DNA of 38,821 bases, taken from NCBI GenBank assembly GCA_016189965.1, contig JACPRL010000183.1:1-38821 (forward strand). The letters run 5' to 3'. A program made the translations under genes and the position numbers. The notes under the pieces are model-generated. The model searched no databases and was not told where the DNA came from. It was given only the letters and a program-made list of their open reading frames with translations. Positions 13,596-23,486 of the stretch are shown piece after piece; position 1 is the stretch's first letter; every line of letters begins with the position of its first letter. This DNA is from Acidobacteriota bacterium (GTDB taxonomy: Bacteria; Acidobacteriota; Terriglobia; Acidiferrales; 2-02-FULL-67-57).

Positions 13596-14819
13596 ATGAA
13601 GAAAAACCGCCGTCTGCTCGCCCTCGCCGGGGTCGTGTCGCTGGCCCTGACAGTGGCTGGCTGCCACCGCCACAAGCACGCCCCGCCCGACCTCTCCGCC
13701 TCGCAGGAGCCCGACAAGGTGCTCTTCGAACGCGCCACCGAAGACATCAAGAACAAGCGCTTCGATACCGCCCGCCTCACCCTTCAAACCCTCATCAATA
13801 CCTACCCCGACAGCGACTACCTGGCCGCGGCCAAGCTCGCCATCGCGGACTCCTACTACGAGGAGAGCACCTCGGCCTCCCTCAACCACGCCGAGGTCGA
13901 ATACAAGGACTTCATCACCTTCTTCCCCAACGCGCCCGAGGTCGCCTTCGCCCAGTACCGCGCCGCCATGTGCCATTACCGGCAGCTGGAAAAGGCCGAC
14001 CGCGACCGCACCCACGCCCGGCGCGCCGAAGAGGAGTTCCAGCGCCTGCTGGTCAACTACCCCGAAAGCGAATACGCCGCCGAGGGCGAGCAGCGCCTCA
14101 TCGCCGTGCAGGAAATTCTGGCCGAGGGTGAATTCCACGTCGGCCGCTTCTATTTCATCCGCGGCTCCTGGCGCGCCGCCGCCGCCCGCTTGGCTCCATT
14201 GGTCGAGCGCTATCCCAACTTCAGCAAGCGCGATGAGTCGCTCTGGATGCTCGGCCAGGCTTGGGAGAAACACATACGGTTCTTCTGGGAGCCGGACCCC
14301 GAGCGCGCCGCCTCCTACTATGCCCGCCTCATCCGCGAGCACCCGATGAGCGAGAACGTAGCCGACGCCAAGGACGCCCTGGCCCGGCTCGGCCAGCCCG
14401 TCCCGGAACCCGACCCCGTGCTGCTGGCCCGCGCCCAGAGCGTCGCCCCCGTCAACCTCCAGGACGAGGAGCGCCGTGGGCTGCTCGGCCGCCTCTTTGG
14501 CCTCTTCAGCAGCCACCCGGATGTATCCGCCGCCGCCGCTCGCCTCGGTCCTCCGCCCCTTGAGCCTCCCGAAGAAACCCCGCGCATTCCACCACCCCCG
14601 TTCCAGAAGGTGATGACCGCTGTGCACAGCGGGCGCGTCGAGATTAAGCAGGTAGAGAAAATGCCCGAGGGTGCTGCAGCCTCGCCTCAGGGCCAGCCGG
14701 CCGACCAGTCCCAGCAGCCCGCGCAAGCCCAGGGGGAAGACAAGGATCAGAAACAGACCGACAAAAAGGAGCCCGCCCGCAAGAAATCCTTCTGGCGCAA
14801 GCTCGTCCCTTTCTGGTAG
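13596..14819 (+). CDS. bamD: outer membrane protein assembly factor BamD-like lipoprotein with low-complexity C-terminal extension
   Basis: Signal peptide plus lipobox LTVAGC. TPR-like N-terminal region (FDTARLTLQTLINTYPDSDYLAAAKLAIADSYY...). Q/K/D-rich tail. Confidence 0.8.
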   Translation: MKKNRRLLALAGVVSLALTVAGCHRHKHAPPDLSASQEPDKVLFERATEDIKNKRFDTARLTLQTLINTYPDSDYLAAAKLAIADSYYEESTSASLNHAEVEYKDFITFFPNAPEVAFAQYRAAMCHYRQLEKADRDRTHARRAEEEFQRLLVNYPESEYAAEGEQRLIAVQEILAEGEFHVGRFYFIRGSWRAAAARLAPLVERYPNFSKRDESLWMLGQAWEKHIRFFWEPDPERAASYYARLIREHPMSENVADAKDALARLGQPVPEPDPVLLARAQSVAPVNLQDEERRGLLGRLFGLFSSHPDVSAAAARLGPPPLEPPEETPRIPPPPFQKVMTAVHSGRVEIKQVEKMPEGAAASPQGQPADQSQQPAQAQGEDKDQKQTDKKEPARKKSFWRKLVPFW

Positions 14820-14843
14820 CCCCCCCACCCTGGCGCATTCCGC

Positions 14844-14872
14844 TTGACACTCCGCTGCGCCCCGTTTAGCAT
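14844..14872 (+). promoter_or_regulatory. sigma70-like promoter for the response regulator gene
   Basis: TTGACA (14844-14849), N17, TAGCAT (14867-14872). G-rich RBS before the GTG at 14915. Confidence 0.5.
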
Positions 14873-14914
14873 CCCCTCACTGCGCCGAAGTAGGAGTCTA
14901 AGGGGGGAGACGGC

Positions 14915-16228
14915 GTGCCCGGAAAAGTCCTTGTCGCCGACGACAGCCTGAAGGTCCAGAGGGACCTCACCCAACTGCTCCAGCAGGCGGGTGTGGAAGT
15001 CGTCACCGTCTCCAACGGCGAGCACGCCGTCCGCAAGCTCCCCGCCATCCAGCCCGACCTCGTCATCGCCGACTGCTTTATGCCCGTCCGCGATGGCTAC
15101 GAAGTCTGTGACTTCATCAAGAACGCCCCGGAGTTCTCCCGCACCCGCGTTCTCCTGCTGATCGGCAAGATGGAACCCTACGACAACAAACGCGCTCAGC
15201 AGGTGCGCGCCGACGGCAAGCTCGAAAAACCCTTTGAAGATCTGCAAGCCGTTCTGGCCGCCATCAACCAGCACCTCGGCGCTGTGCTGGCCACCCGACC
15301 GGCTGCCCCCGCCCCTGCCATCGAGGAGTTCTCGGCTGCCGTTCCGGAGGTCCCGGCGGAGGCCCCCGCACCCGTTGCCGCCCCACCCCCGGCTCACGAA
15401 CCCGAACCCGAGCCCGAAGCCTTCGCCACCCGCCCGCCGCCGGTCACCTTTGAGACCCAGACCCCCTTGGGCTTTGCTGACATGATGGCCGAGGAACCAC
15501 TTCCGCCGGCGCGCGTGCCTCCTCCGCCCGCCGCCGCGGTCACCGAATCCGAAGAGGTGGTCGACCTCAGCCAAGCCACGATGCTTAGCTCCACGGAAGA
15601 GCTCCAGCAACGCATCCGCGAAGAGCGTCTCGCTCCGCCGGAAGCGGCGCCGGCCGAGGTCATCACCCCGGCCGAAGAAATCCCCGCCGCCGAACCCGCG
15701 CCCGAAGAAGCTCCGACCGTCATTGCCACCCGGTTCGAGCCTGTTCCAAGCGAAACGCCTCGCACTGTCGAAAAGCCCGAGCTGGCCGCCGCCTGGGAGA
15801 TGACCGGCCCGGAGCCCGGCGCTCCGGAAATCCCCGCCGCTGGCGGCTGGGATAGCCAGTGGAAGGATACGGGGGAAGCGGTCGCGGAAGAGGAAGAGCT
15901 GGAAGAAGAGCCGTTGCCGGCTGAACCCGCCCCGGCCGAAGCGGCCGCCACGCGGCCCTATGCCCCCGAAGAATTCGCCGCCGCCATGGCCGCTGCCCTG
16001 GGCGAACCTGTGCCCGCCGCGCCCCCGGCGGCGCCCGAACCTCCGGTCGCCGGCACGGTGTCGCTCGAACCAGCGGCACCCACCGCGCCTGAGATCGACC
16101 CCGTCCTGCTCGACGCCGTGGTCGAGCGCGTCCTCCAGCGTCTCTCCCCGCAGGTGATGGAAACCATCGCCCGCGAAATCGTCCGCCCCCTCGCCGAAGC
16201 CATCATCCGCGAACAACTCCAGGAGTAG
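14915..16228 (+). CDS. response regulator (receiver domain) with long Pro/Ala/Glu-rich region and short conserved C-terminal helix
   Basis: VLVADDS...DLVIADCFMPVRDGYEV...KLEKPF is a REC domain. About 270 aa of P/A/E-rich low complexity follows, then LLDAVVERVLQRLSPQVMETIAREIVRPLAEAIIREQL. Confidence 0.85.
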   Translation: MPGKVLVADDSLKVQRDLTQLLQQAGVEVVTVSNGEHAVRKLPAIQPDLVIADCFMPVRDGYEVCDFIKNAPEFSRTRVLLLIGKMEPYDNKRAQQVRADGKLEKPFEDLQAVLAAINQHLGAVLATRPAAPAPAIEEFSAAVPEVPAEAPAPVAAPPPAHEPEPEPEAFATRPPPVTFETQTPLGFADMMAEEPLPPARVPPPPAAAVTESEEVVDLSQATMLSSTEELQQRIREERLAPPEAAPAEVITPAEEIPAAEPAPEEAPTVIATRFEPVPSETPRTVEKPELAAAWEMTGPEPGAPEIPAAGGWDSQWKDTGEAVAEEEELEEEPLPAEPAPAEAAATRPYAPEEFAAAMAAALGEPVPAAPPAAPEPPVAGTVSLEPAAPTAPEIDPVLLDAVVERVLQRLSPQVMETIAREIVRPLAEAIIREQLQE

Positions 16229-16234
16229 CGTCGC

Positions 16235-17122
16235 CTACTCGCGCCCCTCCAGCGCTCGCAGAAACAGCAGAACTGCCTGGTTGAACTCCTCCGGGCGTTC
16301 CATGTTCACCGTGTGGCCTGAGTTGGAAATGTTCACCCGGCGGAGGCCGGCGATGCCGGCTTCGAGCCGACGCGCGATGTCGTAGAGGTCCGGGGTGTCC
16401 CGATCGCCTACCACCAACAGCGCCGGCACGCGGATTTCCCCCAGCCGCCCCAGCGCCGGCGGGTCGAGCCCGATCGGCGCCACCGTAGGCAGCCGGGAGT
16501 TCTCCGCCCAAACTCTCTTCGCCTTCTCCCGCGCCGCCGGGTTTTTCGGCGCGGGAAGCAAGTGCGGATCGTCAAGCAGCAGTTGCACGTAGCGTTCGGT
16601 ATCGCCCTCTTGCAGGGCCGCCATGAAAGGCGCCACCCATTTCTGGAACTCCTCCGAAAACGGGTGGCCGCTCACACCGGCCGCCACCAGCACCAGACAC
16701 TCGACCCGCTCCGAGTGAGCGAGGGCGAAGTCAATCGCCAGCGCCCCGCCCAGCGACAACCCCACCAGGCACGCCTTCTCAATCTTCAGGAAGTCGAGCA
16801 GAGCCGCCAGGTCTTCGAGGGGCGAAAACGGTTCCGTGGGCCAAGCCGACTTCCCCCACCCCCGCACGTCGTAGCGCACCACCTGGAACTCCCGGGCAAA
16901 AACCTCGAACTGGTCGTCCCACAGCCGGTGGTCCATCCCGCCGCCCACACCGATGAATACCACCGGTCGGCCGCTGCCCGTGGCTTCATAGTAGAGACGA
17001 GTTCGGTTCACTTCCGCATAGCCCTGCACGACCTTCTCCTCTGCCGGCGCGGCCGCCGCACCGACTCCAAACACCAATGAAAGCAAGACCGGCAAACCGC
17101 CGCTCCACCGCCGGCTCTTCAT
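16235..17122 (-). CDS. alpha/beta hydrolase, secreted
   Basis: Signal peptide MKSRRWSGGLPVLLSLVFGVGAAAAP. Nucleophile elbow GLSLGG. HTVNMERPEEF near the C-terminus. Confidence 0.85.
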   Translation of the reverse strand: MKSRRWSGGLPVLLSLVFGVGAAAAPAEEKVVQGYAEVNRTRLYYEATGSGRPVVFIGVGGGMDHRLWDDQFEVFAREFQVVRYDVRGWGKSAWPTEPFSPLEDLAALLDFLKIEKACLVGLSLGGALAIDFALAHSERVECLVLVAAGVSGHPFSEEFQKWVAPFMAALQEGDTERYVQLLLDDPHLLPAPKNPAAREKAKRVWAENSRLPTVAPIGLDPPALGRLGEIRVPALLVVGDRDTPDLYDIARRLEAGIAGLRRVNISNSGHTVNMERPEEFNQAVLLFLRALEGRE

Positions 17123-17233
17123 ACCTTGCCTCACTGCAATCGCGGGGAGTGGTAGTCTCCCACATTCCATCCCCACTTTCCATTTCGGCGCAGGCTTGGC
17201 TTATACTGCGGTATTCCGTTGCGGGACTGAGAG

Positions 17234-20053
17234 ATGACCGGGCAGGACATTCCCAAAGCCTACAGCCCCGGCGCCATCGAGCGCCGCTGGGCCGAGTGGT
17301 GGGTCAACGAGCGCCTTTTCACCCCCGAGGTCGCCGCCCGCCACCGCCCGCCCGACCGCGGCACCTTCTCGCTCGCCATCCCGCCCCCCAACGTCACCGG
17401 CTCCCTCCATATGGGCCACATGCTCGAGCACACCCAGATTGACATCCTGATGCGCTGGCGGCGCATGCAGGGCTACCGCGTCCTCTGGCTCCCCGGCACC
17501 GACCACGCCAGCATCGCTGTGCACGTCCTGCTGGAACGGGAGTTGGCGGCGCAGGGCCTGACCCGCCAGCAGCTGGGCCGCGAAGAGTTTCTGCGGCGCG
17601 CCTGGCAATGGAAGGCCGAAAGCGGCGACACCATCAAGCAGCAAATGATCCGCCTGGGGGCGTCGGTCGACTGGGGCCGCGAATGTTTCACCATGGACAG
17701 CGACCGCTATCGGGCTGTCCTGGAAGCTTTCATCCGCCTCTACGACGAGAAACTCATCTACCGCGGCCGCTACCTCATCAACTGGTGCCCGCGCTGCCTG
17801 ACCGCTTTGAGCGACCTTGAGGTCGTGCACGAAGAGCGCGACGCCAAGCTCTACTTCCTCCGCTACCCGGTGCTCGGTACCGATCGCCACCTCACCGTCG
17901 CCACCACCCGGCCGGAAACCATGCTGGGCGACACCGCCGTCGCCGTCCACCCCGCCGACGACCGTTACCGCCAGTTCGTCGGCCGCAAGGCCCTCCTGCC
18001 CCTAATGAAGCGCGAGATTCCCATCCTGGCCGACGAAATCGTTGACCGCGAGTTCGGCACCGGCGCCGTCAAGGTCACCCCGGCGCACGACCCGAACGAC
18101 TTCGAGCTCGCCCGGCGCCACCACCTGCCGGAAGTGGACGTGATGGACGACGCCGCCCGCATGAATCAAAACGCCGGCCCCTACGCCGGCCTCGACCGCT
18201 ACGAAGCGCGCCAGCGCGTCGTCGCCGATCTCGAAAAGCAGGGCCTGCTGGAAAAAGTTGAACCCTACCGCCACGCCCTCGGCACCTGCCAGCGCTGCAA
18301 GACGCCGGTCGAGCCGCGCGTCTCCGTCCAGTGGTTCTGCCGCATGAAGGAGTTGGCCGCGCCGGCCATTGACGTCGTCCGCCGCGGCCTCATCCGCGTC
18401 CTGCCGGAAAACAACGTCAAGGTTTATCTCAACTGGATGGAGAACATCCGCGACTGGTGCATTTCCCGCCAGCTCTGGTGGGGCCACCGCATCCCGGTCT
18501 GGCACTGCGCCTGCGGCGGTATGACGCGCGTGCGCGACTCACGCGTGGCAGTCGTCAACGGTCATCCCCAGCCCGCCAGCCCGCCCGAGAAATGCGAGCA
18601 GTGCGGCAACAGCGCGTTGACGCAGGACCCCGACGTTCTTGACACCTGGTTCAGCTCCGCCCTCTGGCCTTTTTCCACCCTCGGCTGGCCCGACGACACG
18701 CCCGACCTGCGCGACTTCTACCCCACCACACTGATGATCAACGGCTTCGACATCCTCTTCTTCTGGGACGCGCGCATGATCATGGCCGGGCTCAAGTTCA
18801 TGCCGCGCGAAAAACTGGAAGAGCGAATTCCGTTCAAGACTCTCTACATCCACGCCCTCGTCCGCGACCCCGAGGGCCGGAAGATGTCAAAGACCCGCGG
18901 CAATGTCGTCGACCCGCTCGACCTCATCGAGGAGTACGGCACCGACGCCTGCCGCTTCACCCTCGCCCTCATGGCCGCGCCCGGCACCGACATCGCCCTC
19001 AGCCCCGACCGCCTCCGCAGCTACCGCGCCTTCGCCAATAAAATCTGGAACGCCGCCCGCTTCATTGCGCTCAACCTCCAGCGCGCCGAGCAGAACGGAA
19101 CACTCCCGGCCGATTTCGCCGCCCGCTTGCTCCGCCAGGGCCCGCCGGAGAACCGAACCTTCGACCCGCCCCCCGCCTGGGTTGACCGCTGGCTCGCTTC
19201 GCGCCTCCACCGCCTCAGCCTTACCGTCGGCGAAGCGCTCGACAACTTCCGCTTCCACGAAGCCGCCCACGAGCTCTACCACTTCTTCTGGCACGAGTTC
19301 TGCGACTGGTACCTCGAATGGGTCAAGCCCGTCATTGCCGCCGATCCTGCAAAGCGGGACGCCCCCGCGCCGGACGGACAGCGCGCCGCCTGGAGCTACC
19401 TCCTCACCCACTTCGAGTGGGCCTTGCGCCTCCTGCATCCCTTTATGCCCTTCATCACCGAAGAGCTCTGGCGGCGCCTCTACGACGCTGAGCATTCGCT
19501 CGCTCTCCAACACTTGCCTCGGGGCGACGCCCGGCGCTTCGACAGCCGGGCCGAAGAAGAGATGGCGCTTGTCCAGGAGGCCATCGTCGCCCTGCGCAAC
19601 ATTCGCGCCGAGATGCGCCTCGACGCCCGCCGCCGCGTCCCCGGCGAACTGGCCACCCACGAACCCGCGGTCTTCGACCTCTTGGAAGCTCATCGCCAGT
19701 CCATCCTCCGCCTGGCGAACCTCTCGGAGCTGAGGCTCTCTCGCGATTCGCTGGCGGCCGAGGGCGGCGTCCTGCGCCACGCCGCCCGCTTCGACGCCCG
19801 CATTCCCTTCTCGGAGGCCGACCTCGCTGCCGAACTCAAACGGTTGCGCAAGGAAAGAGAAAAGCTGGAGAAAGAGCTCAGCGGCATGCGCACCCGCCTG
19901 GCCGACCGCGACTTCCGCGCCAAAGCCCCCGAAGACGTCGTCCGCGGGCTCGAACAGCGCCAGGCGGAGTACAATACCCAGTACGAAAAAGTCACCCGCT
20001 TGCTCGAAACGCTGGAGAACCGCCTCTCATCGGGCGGGGCACCTGCCCGATAA
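17234..20053 (+). CDS. valS: valine--tRNA ligase
   Basis: 939 aa. HIGH-type motif PPPNVTGSLHMGH, KMSKS motif KMSKTRGN, and a C-terminal coiled coil. Confidence 0.97.
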   Translation: MTGQDIPKAYSPGAIERRWAEWWVNERLFTPEVAARHRPPDRGTFSLAIPPPNVTGSLHMGHMLEHTQIDILMRWRRMQGYRVLWLPGTDHASIAVHVLLERELAAQGLTRQQLGREEFLRRAWQWKAESGDTIKQQMIRLGASVDWGRECFTMDSDRYRAVLEAFIRLYDEKLIYRGRYLINWCPRCLTALSDLEVVHEERDAKLYFLRYPVLGTDRHLTVATTRPETMLGDTAVAVHPADDRYRQFVGRKALLPLMKREIPILADEIVDREFGTGAVKVTPAHDPNDFELARRHHLPEVDVMDDAARMNQNAGPYAGLDRYEARQRVVADLEKQGLLEKVEPYRHALGTCQRCKTPVEPRVSVQWFCRMKELAAPAIDVVRRGLIRVLPENNVKVYLNWMENIRDWCISRQLWWGHRIPVWHCACGGMTRVRDSRVAVVNGHPQPASPPEKCEQCGNSALTQDPDVLDTWFSSALWPFSTLGWPDDTPDLRDFYPTTLMINGFDILFFWDARMIMAGLKFMPREKLEERIPFKTLYIHALVRDPEGRKMSKTRGNVVDPLDLIEEYGTDACRFTLALMAAPGTDIALSPDRLRSYRAFANKIWNAARFIALNLQRAEQNGTLPADFAARLLRQGPPENRTFDPPPAWVDRWLASRLHRLSLTVGEALDNFRFHEAAHELYHFFWHEFCDWYLEWVKPVIAADPAKRDAPAPDGQRAAWSYLLTHFEWALRLLHPFMPFITEELWRRLYDAEHSLALQHLPRGDARRFDSRAEEEMALVQEAIVALRNIRAEMRLDARRRVPGELATHEPAVFDLLEAHRQSILRLANLSELRLSRDSLAAEGGVLRHAARFDARIPFSEADLAAELKRLRKEREKLEKELSGMRTRLADRDFRAKAPEDVVRGLEQRQAEYNTQYEKVTRLLETLENRLSSGGAPAR

Positions 20054-20071
20054 GAGACGAAACCGAAGGAG

Positions 20072-20974
20072 ATGAGCGCAGCCTCCGACAAACCCGCCGC
20101 CCTCGCCGCCCACCAGCAGCTTGACTGGTGCTCGAAGGAAATCACCGCTCTGCTCGAGCAAGCCCTAGCCGAAGATGTCGGCTCCGGTGACTTGACCTCC
20201 GACGCCGTCTTTCCCGAACCGACCGAAGCCGTCGGCCGCTTCCTCGCTCGGCAGGTGCTCGTCGTCGCCGGCCTCCCCTTGGTCGAGCAGCTCTTCGAGT
20301 TGCTCGACCCCAGCACCCGCTTCCAGCCGCTGGTCGAAGAAGGCACGCTGGTCGGCCGCAGCCTGCTGGCTGAAGTGCGCGGCGACGCGCGCGCTCTCCT
20401 GCGCGGCGAGCGCACTGCCCTGAACCTCCTCCAGCGGCTCTGCGGCATCGCCACCTTGACCCGCCGCTTCGTCCACCGCCTGGAAGGCACACGCACCCGA
20501 CTGCTCGATACCCGCAAGACCACCCCGGGGCTGCGCCAGCTGGAGCGCTACGCCGTGCGCGTCGGCGGCGGCTCGAACCACCGCTTCGGCCTCTACGATG
20601 CCGTGCTCATCAAGGAGAACCACGCCCAGCTCACCGGCGGCGTCGGCGAAGCCGTCCGCCGCGCCCGGGAGAAGTACGGCCGGCAGCAGAGCATCGAGGC
20701 CGAGGTGCGCGATGAAATCGAAGTCCGCCAGGCGCTCGACGCCGGCGCCGACATCCTCCTGCTCGACAATATGAGCCCGGAGCAGATCCGCGACTGCCTC
20801 GCCATCATCCAGCGCCGCGCCCGCGTCGAGGTTTCGGGCGGCATCACGCTGGAAAACCTGCGCGAGTACGCCGAGCTCGGCGTCGACGCCATCTCCGTCG
20901 GCGCCCTCACCCACTCGGCCGCGGCAGCCGACATCAGCTTTGATGTTCGGCCCGCCGCGGAACCGGACTCATAG
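20072..20974 (+). CDS. nadC: nicotinate-nucleotide diphosphorylase (carboxylating)
   Basis: RBS AAGGAG. Contains LLDTRKTTPGLR, DAVLIKENH and ILLDNM motifs. Confidence 0.93.
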   Translation: MSAASDKPAALAAHQQLDWCSKEITALLEQALAEDVGSGDLTSDAVFPEPTEAVGRFLARQVLVVAGLPLVEQLFELLDPSTRFQPLVEEGTLVGRSLLAEVRGDARALLRGERTALNLLQRLCGIATLTRRFVHRLEGTRTRLLDTRKTTPGLRQLERYAVRVGGGSNHRFGLYDAVLIKENHAQLTGGVGEAVRRAREKYGRQQSIEAEVRDEIEVRQALDAGADILLLDNMSPEQIRDCLAIIQRRARVEVSGGITLENLREYAELGVDAISVGALTHSAAAADISFDVRPAAEPDS

Positions 20975-21007
20975 CCGGACTCATTTTCGGATTTCGCTTT
21001 CGAGTTC

Positions 21008-22018
21008 ATGATGCCCAAGCGCCGGCCGCCCCTGGCTTCGACCGACCGCCGCGTCGACAAGCTGCTCGGCTTGCTCATCGAGCATCCCATGGTGGTGCTG
21101 AGCGGCGCCAAGATCGCCCGCCAGGTCGGCGTCAGCCGCTCCGCCGTTTGGCATTGGGTGGAAAAGCTCCGCGCCCTGGGCGTCCGAATCAAAGGCCACC
21201 CCAAGACCGGCTACCAGCTCGAACGCGTCCCGGACATCCTCGTACCGCAACTCCTGCGCCTGCGCCTCGAGGGCACTGCCTTCGCCCGCCGCATCCACCA
21301 CTTTTTCAAGATTCACTCCACGAACGACGTTACTCTCGAGCTGGCCGCCGCCGGCGAGCCTCACGGAGCGCTCGTCCTGGCCGAGGAGCAGACCGCCGGC
21401 CGCGGCCGCCTGGGCCGCGCCTGGTACTCCGAAAAAACGACCGGCATCTACCTGTCCGTCCTCCTGCGGCCGCAACTCGCCCCGCAGCAGGCCCCGCTGC
21501 TGACGCTCCTGGCCGGGTTGGCCGTCCGCGACGCCGCGGTCGAAGTCACCGGGCTCGCCGTGGATCTGCGCTGGCCGAACGACCTGCTGGTGGGCGGGAA
21601 GAAATTCTGCGGCATCCTCACTGAGATGCAGGCCGAAGCCGATCGCATCCGTCACGTGGTGGTGGGCATCGGCGTCAACGTCAACCACAGCCGGATTCCG
21701 TCGGAGCTGGAAGCCATCGCCACCTCGCTCCGTCTGGCCGGCGGCCGTGCCTTCTCGCGGCTCGAAATCCTCGTCCGCTTGCTGCATGCGCTCGACCACC
21801 ACTACAATCAGCTCTTGCGCGAGGGCGCCGCCCCACTGATTGCCCGCTTCAGCGAAGTCTCGAGCTTCGCCCGCGGCAAACGGGTTCGCGTCGCGATGCC
21901 GAGCGAGGAAATCAGCGGCGTGACCGCCGGGCTCGACTCCACCGGCTGCCTGCTCGTCCGCCGCGACGCGGACGGTGAGACCGTGCCGGTCCTGGCCGGC
22001 GACGTCACCGAGGCTTGA
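21008..22018 (+). CDS. birA: bifunctional biotin--[acetyl-CoA-carboxylase] ligase / biotin operon repressor
   Basis: N-terminal wHTH (SGAKIARQVGVSRSAVWHWVEKLRALGV). Ligase motif QTAGRGRLGRAW. Confidence 0.93.
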   Translation: MMPKRRPPLASTDRRVDKLLGLLIEHPMVVLSGAKIARQVGVSRSAVWHWVEKLRALGVRIKGHPKTGYQLERVPDILVPQLLRLRLEGTAFARRIHHFFKIHSTNDVTLELAAAGEPHGALVLAEEQTAGRGRLGRAWYSEKTTGIYLSVLLRPQLAPQQAPLLTLLAGLAVRDAAVEVTGLAVDLRWPNDLLVGGKKFCGILTEMQAEADRIRHVVVGIGVNVNHSRIPSELEAIATSLRLAGGRAFSRLEILVRLLHALDHHYNQLLREGAAPLIARFSEVSSFARGKRVRVAMPSEEISGVTAGLDSTGCLLVRRDADGETVPVLAGDVTEA

Positions 22019-22033
22019 ATTAAGATCGATACC

Positions 22034-22888
22034 ATGACGTGGCTCGAAGTTGCTTTCGCTGCTCTGGTGGTTCTGGCGCTGGCCGCTGGCTGGTATAAGT
22101 ATTCGATCAGCACCGGCGCTGTACCCAAGGTGCTTGAGTTTTACCTCTGGCTCACACCCATCCTGACCTTTACGGCGCTCAGGCTGTTACACGCTCGCGC
22201 CGGACTCCAGGGGCTTGTCCCCATAGCTGTCGTTCACTTGGCAATCGTCGCCTGGGCGTTGTGGATTGTTCACCCTTCAACCTGCAGGGGTGTCACCCCT
22301 TGGCTGGACGGGGTTCTTCTTGTCGTTGGGGCAGCGGTCGTCTGGCTGGGCGCCATCACCTTCGCGGGAATGGAACTTCAGGGAATTGCAGCGCATCGTG
22401 GGGACCACCTGTTTACTGTTGGCGGCTTCCTGGTTGGCGCGCTCCTCAGCCTGGCGGGATTTATGGGGCTCAGCGCTCACTTACGCGAACGTGGCGAAAT
22501 CCTCCTGTCGCAGCTTGGGCTCTTAGCTCTGATAATCGGGACTGTCTGCTGGATTTTGCATCTTGCATTCCGCGCCACCGTCATGCTGGCGGCAGCGCAG
22601 GAATCTGCGGCGCCCACTTGGTACCCGCCGCTCCGGCTGTGGGCGGGGGCGATGTACGCCGCTTACATGGTCCTCGCTTATCTCTCCATCGCTTTCTACG
22701 GCGCAGCCATGCAGAAGACAGGATTGGCAGGGAAGGGTTGGGGGCGGACGTTTGTCGCTTTTGGATTGATTGCAGCAACGGGATTTGTGGCGCAGGGATG
22801 GTGGGACGTGCCTCTCGCGGTTCAGTTCATGCCCTACGCTATGGGCATGATTCTGCTTCGACGGGCGATGCTTCGCGCCAGTAGTTGA
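22034..22888 (+). CDS. polytopic membrane protein, unknown function
   Basis: 284 aa with about 8 hydrophobic segments. Visibly lower GC than the flanks. No motif recognised. Confidence 0.65.
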   Translation: MTWLEVAFAALVVLALAAGWYKYSISTGAVPKVLEFYLWLTPILTFTALRLLHARAGLQGLVPIAVVHLAIVAWALWIVHPSTCRGVTPWLDGVLLVVGAAVVWLGAITFAGMELQGIAAHRGDHLFTVGGFLVGALLSLAGFMGLSAHLRERGEILLSQLGLLALIIGTVCWILHLAFRATVMLAAAQESAAPTWYPPLRLWAGAMYAAYMVLAYLSIAFYGAAMQKTGLAGKGWGRTFVAFGLIAATGFVAQGWWDVPLAVQFMPYAMGMILLRRAMLRASS

Positions 22889-22974
22889 TCGGGCAGTCAT
22901 AAGGAGGCCTTCCATGAACCCGCAGGAGCAAGTTACCTCAGCGGATCGTCTGTTCACCCCACGGGTCTTTCACG

Positions 22975-23283
22975 GTGGTGAGTTCCCTTTTTTTCCTGGC
23001 TGCTATTTGCATACATCATGCCTTCAATCCCGCGACTCTACTCCGGGATGTAGTTATCTACCCCGTCGCTCTGCTCGTTCCTGTTGCTCTCTGGAAGAAT
23101 CGCCGTTGGCTCTACGTTGTGGCTGTGATCGTGATTGCGATTCCGTCGGTCGCTTTTCTGCACCTCTCCACCCTCGGTAGACCGGCGGAGCTGAAGCCAT
23201 TTCTCAACCACCTTTTTCTTCTGTTAGCTGGCACCTCTGCGATCCTTGTAGGCATCAGCGCATTTGTGAAGAAGCGGGTTTGA
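22975..23283 (+). CDS. small membrane protein (3-4 TM). The true start may be the ATG at 22914 via a frameshift in a T7 run.
   Basis: 102-aa hydrophobic ORF from the GTG at 22975, without an SD. The ATG at 22914 has a perfect AAGGAGG-N6 RBS but is in another frame. The frames would fuse if the T7 run at 22988..22994 were T6. Confidence 0.55.
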   Translation: MVSSLFFLAAICIHHAFNPATLLRDVVIYPVALLVPVALWKNRRWLYVVAVIVIAIPSVAFLHLSTLGRPAELKPFLNHLFLLLAGTSAILVGISAFVKKRV

Positions 23284-23340
23284 GCACGATGACCCTACCG
23301 GAGGCTTTGCTCAAGGACGACAACTGGTTTCCGCTTGTGA

Positions 23341-23380
23341 GACCGTTGCGCCTTTTGGCGGTGGTCGCATTTATTTTTTT
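23341..23380 (+). terminator. possible intrinsic terminator
   Basis: Imperfect stem gaccgttgcgcc/ggcggtggtc followed by ttattttttt. Alternatively this lies inside a 45-aa small ORF (23289..23426). Confidence 0.3.
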
Positions 23381-23486
23381 GCGCGCGACGCCGACGGGTC
23401 CCGACCAAAGCGCTGATGAACATTGAATTTGAAGACTGATGGAGTCTCGACGGGTCAACCCTCTCGCCATGCTTGCCCTGAGCGTA

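Noticed and set aside
16223-16240. gagtag-cgtcgc-ctactc hairpin formed by the two convergent stop codons, as a possible bidirectional terminator.
   Set aside because: The stem is only 6 bp, is not GC-rich and has no U-tracts. It probably reflects coincidental TAG/CTA symmetry.
23289-23426. 45-aa ORF MTLPEALLKDDNWFPLVRPLRLLAVVAFIFLRATPTGPDQSADEH.
   Set aside because: It is too short and has no RBS, so it cannot be called from sequence alone. It overlaps the putative terminator. It is mentioned only as a possibility within the low-GC island.
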